Shown here piece by piece: positions 48,271 through 61,000 of a DNA stretch of 64,000 bases. The stretch covers positions 1,736,001-1,800,000 of the forward strand of contig CM035361.1 of NCBI GenBank assembly GCA_020137815.1. The letters run 5' to 3'. Origin of the DNA: Hormiphora californensis. Taxonomy: Eukaryota > Animalia > Ctenophora. The position numbers and the translations under genes were made by a program. The notes under the pieces were generated by a model, which was not told where the DNA came from, did no database searches, and saw only the letters and a program-made list of their open reading frames with translations. Each line of letters begins with the position of its first letter. Position 1 is the stretch's first letter.

Positions 48271-51200
48271 TCACTTGTTCTTCTTAAGCAACTGCTCCCG
48301 AACGGCAGGATCAATTTCATATCCCTTGATAAAAGGAATACCAATTCCAACATTATCTTTGTAGTCAACATACTCCCCACGGAAGAATTGAACCAGATAA
48401 TATTCCTCCTCCTCAATCCTGAGGAATGGACGATTACTTTGGTTACCATGCAGGGTGTGAACTGCATGTCGTGTTTGCTAGTCGCGAGCGCGCTTGCGAG
48501 ACAAGCAAACACGTCAAGGTTCATTAACAAGCATCCTGCTCAGTCATTTTAGATTTAATACACAATGTAAGGATACCATGTAATAGGTGAGACTCTTGCC
48601 GTCACCCTCGTTCAAGTCCCGTGAAAAACGGAGCAGTACACGCAAACTGATGCCCATTTTCCTCGCGTGACCCCGATTCAGCAGTTTGAGACACCAACTC
48701 TTTAGGGGGCCATATCTCAGGAACCAGACAAGATAGGAAAAATCGCCGTCTAACGAGGCGTACAGTTTTTAATCTAGTTTACCACTGTACCGGCCGTTTC
48801 ACTCTCCGACCTAAAACAAAAATCGCAACCCCACAAAACTTCAAAATAATGAAATTCGCATCTCGCATGTCGTGTTGCATGTCGTGTTGCATGTCGTGTC
48901 ATGTTATTGACGCGCTCGCGTTCAACTCTCACACAGCAGCTGCAGAACATGGCGGGAAACATCGAGGAGTAGAGAGAGGGTCGGTGCCGAATCAAATATT
49001 TCTTGATCTTGATCTACTCCATCTCTCAGCTATCCTACCCCTCATCAACTCGATCTCTCAGCTACCCTACCCCTCATCTACTCCATCTTTCAGCTACCCT
49101 ACCCCTCATCTACTCCATCTTTCAGCTACCCTACCCCTTATCTATTCCATCTCTCAGCTACCCTACTCCTCATCTACTCCATCTCTCAGCTTCCCTATTA
49201 GGGAAGCATAGAGATGGAAACGATTAGGGGTAGGGAATCCCTATCCATAATCTAGTCCATCTCTATGCTTCCCTAGCCCTCATCAACTCCATCTTTCAGC
49301 TACCCTACCCCTAATCTAGTCCATCTCTCCGCTACCCTACTCCTCATCTACTCCATCTCTCAGCTACCCTACCTCCCATTTACTCCATCTCTCAGCTACC
49401 CTACCTCCCATTTACTCCATCTCTCAGCTTCCCTACCTCCCATTTACTCCATCTCTCAGCTTACCTACCTCCCATTTACTCCATATCTCAGCTTCCCTAC
49501 CTGCCATTTACTCCATCTTTCAGATACCCTACCTCCCATTTACTCCATCTCTCAGCTTACCTACCTCCCATTTACTCCATCTCTCAGCTTCCCTACCTCC
49601 CATTTACTCCATCTCTCAGCTTCCCTACCTCCCATTTACTCCATCTCTCAGCTACCCAACCTCCCATTCACTCCATCTATCAGCTACCCTACCTCCCATT
49701 TACTCCATCTCTCAGCTTCCCTACCTCCCATTTACTCCATCTCTCAGCTTCCCTACCTCCCATTTACTCCATCTCTCAGCTTACCTACCTCCCATTTACT
49801 CCATATCTCAGCTTCCCTACCTGCCATTTACTCCATCTTTCAGATACCCTACCTCACATTTACTCCATCTCTCAGCTTCCCTACCTCTCATTTAGTACTC
49901 CATCTCTCAGCTTCCCTACCTCCCATTTACTCCATATCTCAGCTACCCAACCTCCCATTCACTCCATCTATCAGCTACCCTACCTCCCATTTACTCCATC
50001 TCTCAGCTTCCCTACCTCCCATTTACTCCATCTCTCAGCTTCCCTACCTCCCATTTACTCCATCCCTCAGCTTCCCTACCTCCCATTTACTCCATCCCTG
50101 CCTCCCATTTACTCCATCTCTCAGCTACCCTACCTCCCATTCACTCCATCTCTCAGCTACCCTACCACCCATTTACTCCATCTCTCAGCTTCCCTACCTC
50201 CCATTTACTCCATCCCTCAGCTTCCCTACCTCCCATTTACTCCATCTCTCAGCTTCCCTACCTCCCATTTACTCCATCCCTCAGCTTCCCTACATCCCAT
50301 TTACTCCATCTCTCAACTTCCCTACCTCCCATTTACTCCATCTCTCAGCTACCCTACCTCCCATTTACTCCATCTCTCAGCTTCCCTACCTCCCATATAC
50401 TCCATCTTTCAGCTTCCCTACCTCCCATTTACTCCATCGCTTACCTTCCCTACCTCCCATTTACTCCATCTCTCAGATACCCTACCTCCCATTTACTCCA
50501 TCTCTCAGCTTACCTACCTCCCATTTACTCCATCTCTCAGCTTCCCTACCTCCCATTTACTCCATCTCTCAGCTTCCCTACCTCCCATTTACTCCATCTC
50601 AGCTACCCAACCTCCCATTCACTCCATCTATCAGCTACCCTACCTCCCATTTACTCCATCTCTCAGCTTCCCTACCTCCCATTTACTCCATCTCTCAGCT
50701 TCCCTACCTCCCATTTACTCCATCTCTCAGCTTACCTACCTCCCATTTACTCCATATCTCAGCTTCCCTACCTGCCATTTACTCCATCTTTCAGATACCC
50801 TACCTCACATTTACTCCATCTCTCAGCTTCCCTACCTCCCATTTACTCCATCGCTTACCTTCCCTACCTCCCATTTACTCCATCTCTCAGCTTCCCTACC
50901 TCCCATTTACTCCATCTCTCAGCTTCCCTACCTCCCATTTACTCCATCTCTCATTTATCCTAACATTCCTACCCCTGAGAGATGGAGTAAATGGGAGGTA
51001 GGGAAGCTGAGAGATGGAGTAAATGGGAGGTAGGGAAGCTGAGAGATGGAGTAAATGGGAGGTAGGAAAGCTGAGAGATGGAGTAAATGGGTGGTAGGGT
51101 AGCTGAGAGATAGAGTAAATGGGAGGTAGGGAAGCTGAGGATGGAGTAAATGGGAGGTAGGGAAGCTGAGAGATGGAGTAAATGGGAGGTAGGTAAGCTG

Positions 51201-54200
51201 AGAAATGGAGTAAATGGGAGGTAGGGTAGCTGAGAGATGGAGTAAATGGAGGTAGGGTAGCTGAGAGATGGAGTAAATGGGAGGTAGGGAAGCTGAGAGA
51301 TGGAGTAAATGGGAGGTAGGGTAGCTGAGAGATGGAGTACTAAATGAGAGGTAGGGAAGCTGAGAAATGGAGTAAATGGGAGGTAGGGAAGCTGAGAGAT
51401 GGATCAAATGGGAGGTAGGGTAGCTGAGGGATGGAGTAAATGGGAGGTAGGGAAGCTGAGAGATGGAGTAAATGGGAGGTAGGGTAGCTGAGAGATGGAG
51501 TAAATGGGAGGTAGGGAAGCTGAGAGATGGAGTAAATGGGAGGTAGGGTAGCTGAGAGATGGAGTAAGTAAATGAGAGGTAGGGAAGCTGAGAAATGGAG
51601 TAAATGGGAGGTAGGGAAGCTGAGAGATGGATCAAATGGGAGGTAGGGTAGCTGAGGGATGGAGTAAATGGGAGGTAGGGAAGCTGAGAGATGGAGTAAA
51701 TGGAAGGTAGGTAAGCTGAGAGATGGAGTACTTAAATGGGAGGTAGGGTATCTGAGAGATGGAGTAAATGGCAGGTAGGGAAGCTGAGATATGGAGTAAA
51801 TGGGAGGTAGGTAAGCTGAGAGATGGAGTAAATGGGAGGTAGGGAAGCTGAGAGATGGAGTAAATGGGAGGTAGGGTAGCTGAGAGATGGAGTAAATGGG
51901 AGGTAGGGTAGCTGAGAGATGGAGTAGATGAGGAGTAGGGTAGCGGAGAGATGGACTAGATTAGGGGTAGGCTAGCTGAAAGATGGAGTTGATGAGGGCT
52001 AGGGAAGCATAGAGATGGAAACGATTATGGATAGGGATTCGTTTCCATCTCTATGCTTCCCTAATAGGGAAGCTGAGAGATGGAGTAGATGAGGAGTAGG
52101 GTAGCTGAGAGATGGACTAGATAAGGGGTAGGGTAGCTGAAAGATGGAGTAGATGAGGGGTAGGGTAGCTGAGAGATCGAGTTGATGAGGGGTAGGATAG
52201 CTGAGAGATGGAGTAGATCAAGATCAAGAAATATTTGATTCGGCACCGACCCTCTCTCTACTCCTCGATGTTTCCCGCCATGTTCTGCAGCTGCTGTGTG
52301 AGAGTTGAACGCGAGCGCGTCAATAACATGACACGACATGCAACACGACATGCAACACGACATGCGAGATGCGAATTTCATTATTTTGAAGTTTTGTGGG
52401 GTTGCGATTTTTGTTTTAGGTCGGAGAGTGAAACGGCCGGTACAGTGGTAAACTAGATTAAAAACTGTACGCCTCGTTAGACGGCGATTTTTCCTATCTT
52501 GTCTGGTTCCTGAGATATGGCCCCCTAAAGAGTTGGTGTCTCAAACTGCTGAATCGGGGTCACGCGAGGAAAATGGGCATCAGTTTGCGTGTACTGCTCC
52601 GTTTTTCACGGGACTTGAACGAGGGTGACGGCAAGAGTCTCACCTATTACATGGTATCCTTACATTGTGTATTAAATCTAAAATGACTGAGCAGGATGCT
52701 TGTTAATGAACCTTGACGTGTTTGCTTGTCTCGCAAGCGCGCTCGCGACTAGCAAACACGACATGCAGTTCACACCCTGCCATGGTGATGAGTGAATCTA
52801 GTTAACATGGTTGTTATGGTTACCATAGTTACCGAGGCTACCGAATAAGGAACTGCTTTTAGAACTGTACAATATTCACACACACATACCTCTCACTAAA
52901 GAATCTCCAGGCAGCATAAGCATAAGCACAGGTTGACACGGGATTACAGAGGAGCAGCTGGGTTGCGATGGACCAATAGAACCAACCCGCATAGGAGGGG
53001 TGTCGCGATATCGCATACACACCGTTCTGGACAAGCTGAGAAATTGGACATTGGTTAGTTGACTGAATCAATTGATATACTATTCGTAAAACTCCCCGAA
53101 AACAATGTATGTCACTAATTGTGTGGCTCCCACTGCATTATATTTCAGAGCGCACTATGTGAAGGTTCGGCAGATCAAATCACCAAACCCTCCCCAACTT
53201 TATATATAAAATACAATGGTAATAAACCTCCCCAACTTTAATTATAAAATACAATGGTACTAAACCTCCCTCACCTTGTGGTCCTCGTTCTTAGTGTCCT
53301 GGACGATGTGATCAAAGTTTTCCGCTGCCGTTATCATGGCCAACTTCCTGACCGCATCTCCCGCTATCATTACCACCCCTCCTGTCCAGTATATCGGCTG
53401 AAATAAAGAGGGGTGGAGGGGTTAAAAAGTGAGATTGATCATGTTGTATTAGAAGGGGGGGTATAACTGTAGATTAAATGAACAAATAAACTATTGTATG
53501 TACAAACTAACTTATCTCCTAAACTCTCAATTAAGAGATCTGAGCAAGAATTCATCTCCTAAAACAACACACAAAAAAACAAAATCTAATACGTACCGCG
53601 TAAAACTTGTATCCAGGGCCAAGGTTGACGAAAGTGACCAGGTACTCAAAAAGTCCAACTACCAGTGCTATATGGTAGGCAGTAGAGTGGTTGAGAAGGA
53701 AGGAATCGTAGGAGAGCTTGTGTTCTTTAAATAACGCTGGAAAGATAATATGTTGATTGCAGATTGAGAAAGAGAGAAGTTGCCCTGCGCTGTGGGGCAC
53801 TGAAAACCTCTGCGATGAATGGGTCTTTTGAGAGCGGGAAAAAGACAATACCTGTTAGAAGGTACTCGGAGATGTGGAAAAATGACAGTCCAACCAGATA
53901 ACAACCAAGCTGCTTGTGATGGTCAGTATACCACGACACAATTAATCCTGGATAATAATGGTGTAATGATTAATTGCTTCATAAATATTGTTCTAATATT
54001 TGTCTTCCGTCACGGGGCAGCTGTAGCAGTGAGAGATAGTCGAGCAAGGCAAACTACAATGATCGATTTATCGAAACACAATTGTTGTGACTATGACCTA
54101 AAACCCACTCACCTGCTGACCCCACTGCACCAATAAAGTAACCTCTGTACACTATGCCATGTTCCCTCGGTAGGGCCAGGGAAAACAGAGGTGCTATACT

Positions 54201-54479
54201 AAACAAAATACCAAATGTGTACCAGATTGCGTTGGCCTGAAATGAAAACAAACTGTTTATTTCAAACATACCCTTGATAATCATCAACGGGGGAATGTCA
54301 AGGCTACATCGATGTGTAATAGTTGAGCTAGGAAATCACAGGGATCATGAGTATTCTTTTATGAACTGTCTTATTAAACCTCTCCCTCTTGTACTCACAT
54401 CTTTTGAGATAAGGAGAAGAACACACAATATTGGATTTAAGTAGGATATTAGTGCTATAGAGAAGTTCCTACACGCCAT
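48271..54479 (-). CDS. ICMT: Protein-S-isoprenylcysteine O-methyltransferase, copy 1
   Basis: Exons 54399-54479, 54113-54236, 53852-53947 (FHISEY), 53597-53736 (SFLLNHS), 53275-53397 (NFDHIVQ), 52890-53035 (LVQNGVYAISRHPSYAGWFYW), 48271-48418 (RIEEEE..GIPFI). Confidence 0.92.
48451..52779. mobile_element. 4.3-kb foldback element with 5-bp TSD in the last ICMT intron
   Basis: TIR begins CAGGGTGTGAACTGC; ~560-bp unique arms followed by inverted 32-bp arrays; CCATG on both sides. Confidence 0.9.
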
Positions 54480-54757
54480 AACTATCCTGGAGTGGAAAGA
54501 TGAATCGGTAAAATTGCCCCGTCACCGGTGCCAGACGGTCTTGAGAAAAAGTGGTTTGAAACATATTTGAAATAGAAACGACTTTAATTGGTATACTTTG
54601 AAGGCCCCTGAGACGCAATAGAGGACTGTAGCTCATGCCAGAGAGCTCGTAATTAGAAGATCATAACTTTTTTAAATGTTGAAGAAAGCAAACTTTTAAA
54701 AACTTTCGCGAAATTATGGTTTTTTTGTCATCATCATCATCATCAATTAACATTATA

Positions 54758-56089
54758 GGCCGGTCATATGACGTTTTTTTCTCGGCGTAAAAGTTGTAAA
54801 TCTAATTCCACTTCTATGGCACTCTAATAGGTCCCTAGAACCACCAAAAAAATTCACCGCACTCTACGCGGTGGAGAACTTGACTTAATTGGGCCTAATT
54901 GGTTACAGGGTACTTTCAGCCTGAAGCCAACACCGTAAGTGCCCTTAGAGTAGGAGTAGAGAAAAAAAACAAGGGCACTTAAGTGATCAGCGCCCACACA
55001 TTAGTGGGGGTAGGGTGCTGGAATTAAGTCTCTATCTCATCCCGTTAATTAGATAATTGATAATTAGATGCGCACATAGCCGTTTTATGGTTTATACGGT
55101 AAAAACCATCTTAGGAAACGAGTAGAGAAAAAAACCAAGGGCACTAAAGTGTTCAGCGACCTCACATTAGTGGGGGTAGGTGCTGGAATTAAGTCTCTAT
55201 CTCATCTGGATAATTAGATAATTGGTTAATTAGATGCGCACATAGCCGTTTTTGGCCATATGGCTATATCCACTTAGGAGAGGCGTAGAGACTTTTTACA
55301 GGCGCCATTTTGTAGGCAATGGCCAAGTTATGGGGGGTCTTCGTCGGACTTTTAAAAGCTCTATCTCTACCGTTTAAGCCGTTATTAGGCTTTAAAGGCG
55401 CTCAAAATGAGCTAAAAAACGGTAAAAAGCCCGATTTTGAGCACCTTTAAAGCCTAATAACGGCTAAACGGTTAGAGATAGAGCTTAAAAGTCCGACGAA
55501 GACCCCCCATAACTTGGCCATTGCCTACAAAATGGCGCCTGTAAAAAGTCTCTACGCCTCTCCTAAGTGGATATAGCCATATGGCCAAAAACGGCTATGT
55601 GCGCATCTAATTAACCAATTATCTAATTATCCAGATGAGATAGAGACTTAATTCCAGCACCTACCCCCACTAATGTGAGGTCGCTGAACACTTTAGTGCC
55701 CTTGGTTTTTTCTCTACTCGTTTCCTAAGATGGTTTTTACCGTATAACCATAAAACGGCTATGTGCGCATCTAATTATTCAATTATCTAATTAACGGGAT
55801 GAGATAGAGACTTAATTCCAGCACCTACCCCCACTAATGTGTGGGCGCTGATCACTTAAGTGCCCTTGTTTTTTTCTCTACTCCTACTCTAAGGGCACTT
55901 ACGGTGTTGGCTTCAGGCTGAAAGTACCCTGTAACCAATTAGGCCCAATTAAGTCAAGTTCTCCACCGCGTAGAGTGCGGTGAATTTTTTTGGTGGTTCT
56001 AGGGACCTATTAGAGTGCCATAGAAGTGGAATTAGATTTACAACTTGAACGCCGATTTTTGATCTACTTTCGACATCATATGACTGGCC
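54758..56089. mobile_element. 1.33-kb palindromic foldback MITE
   Basis: GGCC(G/A)GTCATATGA ends flanked by TA; arms ~650 bp, each with an internal ~178-bp duplication. Confidence 0.82.
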
Positions 56090-56236
56090 TATTAAATATA
56101 CCGCTTTATAGCATATTGGTAAGATATCACTTAAAAAAGAAAAAACTTAACGGATAACTTCCTGCTTTCAAAAGCGGTTTTACTCTATTTGATCAATAAA
56201 TCAGAGTCCATGAGCTAGTAGTGTTTATACAAATGT

Positions 56237-56828
56237 TCAAATGTCCCTTGGTGCTTCTAACACCCTCTTTCCACGGATTATGAAGTAGGTTCCAGGGGAC
56301 TGCTTTACCTTCTCCTTCAGTTCAACAACAAGCTTTTTCCGTTCATTCCGTTCTTCTACTGTTCTATCAGGAGATATAAAGACTTTGCCAAACTTGTCGT
56401 TCCCTTTCAGCAGGGATTTCTTCGACAGGATTGAAATTTGAGCTTCTCTGCTCCTCAGCACGACTTTCACAGGTCTTGCCGATGAGGACTGCTTTCCCAA
56501 GCGCTCGGCGGATTGCACTTTCGGAGCCTCTTCAAGCTCACCAAAAAGAGACTTAATTTGAGTTTCAAGCTTCTCACCATTTACATTGTCTTTCAACTCT
56601 TCCAATCCATGGATGATGATGTTACACCCACGGTCCTCCGATGCTGCCACGATTGCCGATTGAATCTTCTTTGGAGCCAGGGCCGAGGCACACTCTTTCT
56701 CCAAAACGGCTGCAAAGCTCTCATTTCCTGTTGTGCTGTTGACTGCACAGCTGTTATCTCAACCTTCCTCTTCTCAAGTAATTGCCTCTGGATTTTCAGG
56801 AGCTCCTCTTGTGCAGCCACTAGTGTTG
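56237..56828 (-). pseudogene. Frameshifted LINE (CR1/L2-type) ORF1 fragment
   Basis: NIIIHGLEE, RLGK, RPVKVVL, FISPDRT..ER..RKKL; the preceding coiled coil is in another frame. Confidence 0.8.
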
Positions 56829-58037
56829 ATTTTCATACACAGGGAACTTCCTGGGAGAAAGACTTTCAATTATAATTAGGTTTGCTAACTTTTAACCACA
56901 TTTTCAATCATTACATCAAGTGGATGGATAAAAACAAATACCTGAACAGAGCAGCCCCATAGTTAGCAGATTCCTCAGATTCAATGAGGGTATGGGAAGA
57001 GGTGCATTGTTGATTTAAAAACTTTTTTCTCCGATCGAATGCATCCTTGGCCTGATTGTACTCGAGCCGCGGATCAAATGTCCTGCCTACCTGTAATGGG
57101 TAGGTTATTAGGGACAAACAAACAAATAAGGAAACGCACAAACACACAAACAAACGCACAAACAAACGCACAAACAAACGCACAAACAAACAAACAAACA
57201 AACAAACAAACAAACAAACAAACAAACAAACAAACAAACAAACAAACAAACAAACAAATAAACAAACAAACAAACAAACAAACACACAAACCAGTGGTTC
57301 GAGGGGGATGATCACTTCCACCTCGTCATCACACATCCGGTCCTTTTCTTCTCAGCAACTTCACCCAGAGATCAGGAACTTTTTTGCCCACAGATATCAA
57401 GTGGCGATTATGATACCAGTGTTATTGCCACGGTGATTAGTTATTTAGTTGCCTCATCTGGCCATTATAGATCACACTAGAAAATGAGTTTAGAAGAATG
57501 AGGTTTGGAACTGAAGGTTTGCAAGGTTTCAGTTGGAAACATTAAAACTAATCGTTAACGGAAAATATTATTTTAAATTATTTAATATTTAGAGGATTAC
57601 AATTATAAATATAAATATTACAGTAGATGAGACTAGATCACACTAGAGCCACTCGACCCCAATATTTCGTGGGCAACCTAGCCTTACTCGACCCTAACTT
57701 CCCAACTGCATAACATACAAACATTACAAACACGCGTTAACAGCCCTGAAAATGGGGCGGCAAATATTCTGATCATCTAAAAACGGAGGTTTTACATGCT
57801 GCATAATTATGGTAACCATGGTAACCATGGTAACGAAATTACCCCTCATGGAGGCATCGCGGTAGGTAGGTAGGGGTAATTTCGTTACCAAATGATAACC
57901 ATGGTAACATATAGAATATACTATCTACAAATTACAAGCACAGCTACAACTAAGAGGTCCTGGTAACAATTATAAATAGTTTTCCGAGTTCTGAAAAAAA
58001 GGCGATCACAGGATATCATCTGCTATCAGATCTGCTA

Positions 58038-61000
58038 TCACTTGTTCTTCTTAAGCAACTGCTCTCGAACAGCAGGATCAATTTCATACCCCTTGATAAA
58101 AGGAATACCAATTCCAACGTTATCTTTGTAGTCAACATACTCCCCACGGAAGAATTGAACCAGATAATATTCCTCCTCCTCAATCCTGAGGAATGGACGA
58201 TTACTTTGGTTACCATGCAGGGTGTGAACTGCATGTCGTGTTTGCTAGTCGCGAGCGCGCTTGCGAGACAAGCAAACACGTCAAGGTTCATTAACAAGCA
58301 TGCTGCTCAGTCATTTTAGATTTAATACACAATGTAAGGATACCATGTAATAGGTGAGACTCTTGCCGTCACCCTCGTTCAAGTCCCGTGAAAAACGGAG
58401 CAGTACACGCAAACTGATGCCCATTTTCCTCGCGTGACCCCGATTCAGCAGTTTGAGACACCAACTCTTTAGGGGGCCATATCTCAGGAACCAGACAAGA
58501 TAGGAAAAATCGCCGTCTAACGAGGCGTACAGTTTTTAATCTAGTTTACCACTGTACCGGCCGTTTCACTCTCCGACCTAAAACAAAAATCGCAACCCCA
58601 CAAAACTTCAAAATAATGAAATTCGCATCTCGCATGTCGTGTTGCATGTCGTGTTGCATGTCGTGTCATGTTATTGACGCGCTCGCGTTCAACTCTCACA
58701 CAGCAGCTGCAGAACATGGCGGGAAACATCGAGGAGTAGAGAGAGGGTCGGTGCCGAATCAAATATTTCTTGATCTTGATCTACTCCATCTCTCAGCTAT
58801 CCTACCCCTCATCAACTCGATCTCTCAGCTACCCTACCCCTCATCTACTCCATCTTTCAGCTACCCTACCCCTCATCTACTCCATCTTTCAGCTACCCTA
58901 CCCCTTATCTATTCCATCTCTCAGCTACCCTACTCCTCATCTACTCCATCTCTCAGCTTCCCTATTAGGGAAGCATAGAGATGGAAACGATTAGGGGTAG
59001 GGAATCCCTATCCATAATCTAGTTCCATCTCTATGCTTCCCTAGCCCTCATCAACTCCATCTTTCAGCTACCCTACCCCTAATCTAGTCCATCTCTCCGC
59101 TACCCTACTCCTCATCTACTCCATCTCTCAGCTACCCTACCTCCCATTTACTCCATCTCTCAGCTACCCTACCTCCCATTTACTCCATCTCTCAGCTTCC
59201 CTACCTCCCATTTACTCCATCTCTCAGCTTACCTACCTCCCATTTACTCCATATCTCAGCTTCCCTACCTGCCATTTACTCCATCTTTCAGATACCCTAC
59301 CTCCCATTTACTCCATCTCTCAGCTTACCTACCTCCCATTTACTCCATCTCTCAGCTTCCCTACCTCCCATTTACTCCATCTCTCAGCTTCCCTACCTCC
59401 CATTTACTCCATCTCTCAGCTACCCAACCTCCCATTCACTCCATCTATCAGCTACCCTACCTCCCATTTACTCCATCTCTCAGCTTCCCTACCTCCCATT
59501 TACTCCATCTCTCAGCTTCCCTACCTCCCATTTACTCCATCTCTCAGCTTACCTACCTCCCATTTACTCCATATCTCAGCTTCCCTACCTGCCATTTACT
59601 CCATCTTTCAGATACCCTACCTCACATTTACTCCATCTCTCAGCTTCCCTACCTCTCATTTAGTACTCCATCTCTCAGCTTCCCTACCTCCCATTTACTC
59701 CATATCTCAGCTACCCAACCTCCCATTCACTCCATCTATCAGCTACCCTACCTCCCATTTACTCCATCTCTCAGCTTCCCTACCTCCCATTTACTCCATC
59801 TCTCAGCTTCCCTACCTCCCATTTACTCCATCCCTCAGCTTCCCTACCTCCCATTTACTCCATCCCTGCCTCCCATTTACTCCATCTCTCAGCTACCCTA
59901 CCTCCCATTCACTCCATCTCTCAGCTACCCTACCACCCATTTACTCCATCTCTCAGCTTCCCTACCTCCCATTTACTCCATCCCTCAGCTTCCCTACCTC
60001 CCATTTACTCCATCTCTCAGCTTCCCTACCTCCCATTTACTCCATCCCTCAGCTTCCCTACATCCCATTTACTCCATCTCTCAACTTCCCTACCTCCCAT
60101 TTACTCCATCTCTCAGCTACCCTACCTCCCATTTACTCCATCTCTCAGCTTCCCTACCTCCCATATACTCCATCTTTCAGCTTCCCTACCTCCCATTTAC
60201 TCCATCGCTTACCTTCCCTACCTCCCATTTACTCCATCTCTCAGATACCCTACCTCCCATTTACTCCATCTCTCAGCTTACCTACCTCCCATTTACTCCA
60301 TCTCTCAGCTTCCCTACCTCCCATTTACTCCATCTCTCAGCTTCCCTACCTCCCATTTACTCCATCTCTCAGCTACCCAACCTCCCATTCACTCCATCTA
60401 TCAGCTACCCTACCTCCCATTTACTCCATCTCTCAGCTTCCCTACCTCCCATTTACTCCATCTCTCAGCTTCCCTACCTCCCATTTACTCCATCTCTCAG
60501 CTTACCTACCTCCCATTTACTCCATATCTCAGCTTCCCTACCTGCCATTTACTCCATCTTTCAGATACCCTACCTCACATTTACTCCATCTCTCAGCTTC
60601 CCTACCTCCCATTTACTCCATCGCTTACCTTCCCTACCTCCCATTTACTCCATCTCTCAGCTTCCCTACCTCCCATTTACTCCATCTCTCAGCTTCCCTA
60701 CCTCCCATTTACTCCATCTCTCATTTATCCTAACATTCCTACCCCTGAGAGATGGAGTAAATGGGAGGTAGGGAAGCTGAGAGATGGAGTAAATGGGAGG
60801 TAGGGAAGCTGAGAGATGGAGTAAATGGGAGGTAGGAAAGCTGAGAGATGGAGTAAATGGGTGGTAGGGTAGCTGAGAGATAGAGTAAATGGGAGGTAGG
60901 GAAGCTGAGGGATGGAGTAAATGGGAGGTAGGGAAGCTGAGAGATGGAGTAAATGGGAGGTAGGTAAGCTGAGAAATGGAGTAAATGGGAGGTAGGGTAG

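Noticed and set aside
49010-52220. ORFs and a CRISPR-like look in the 32-bp arrays
   Set aside because: Pure tandem repeat inside a foldback element.
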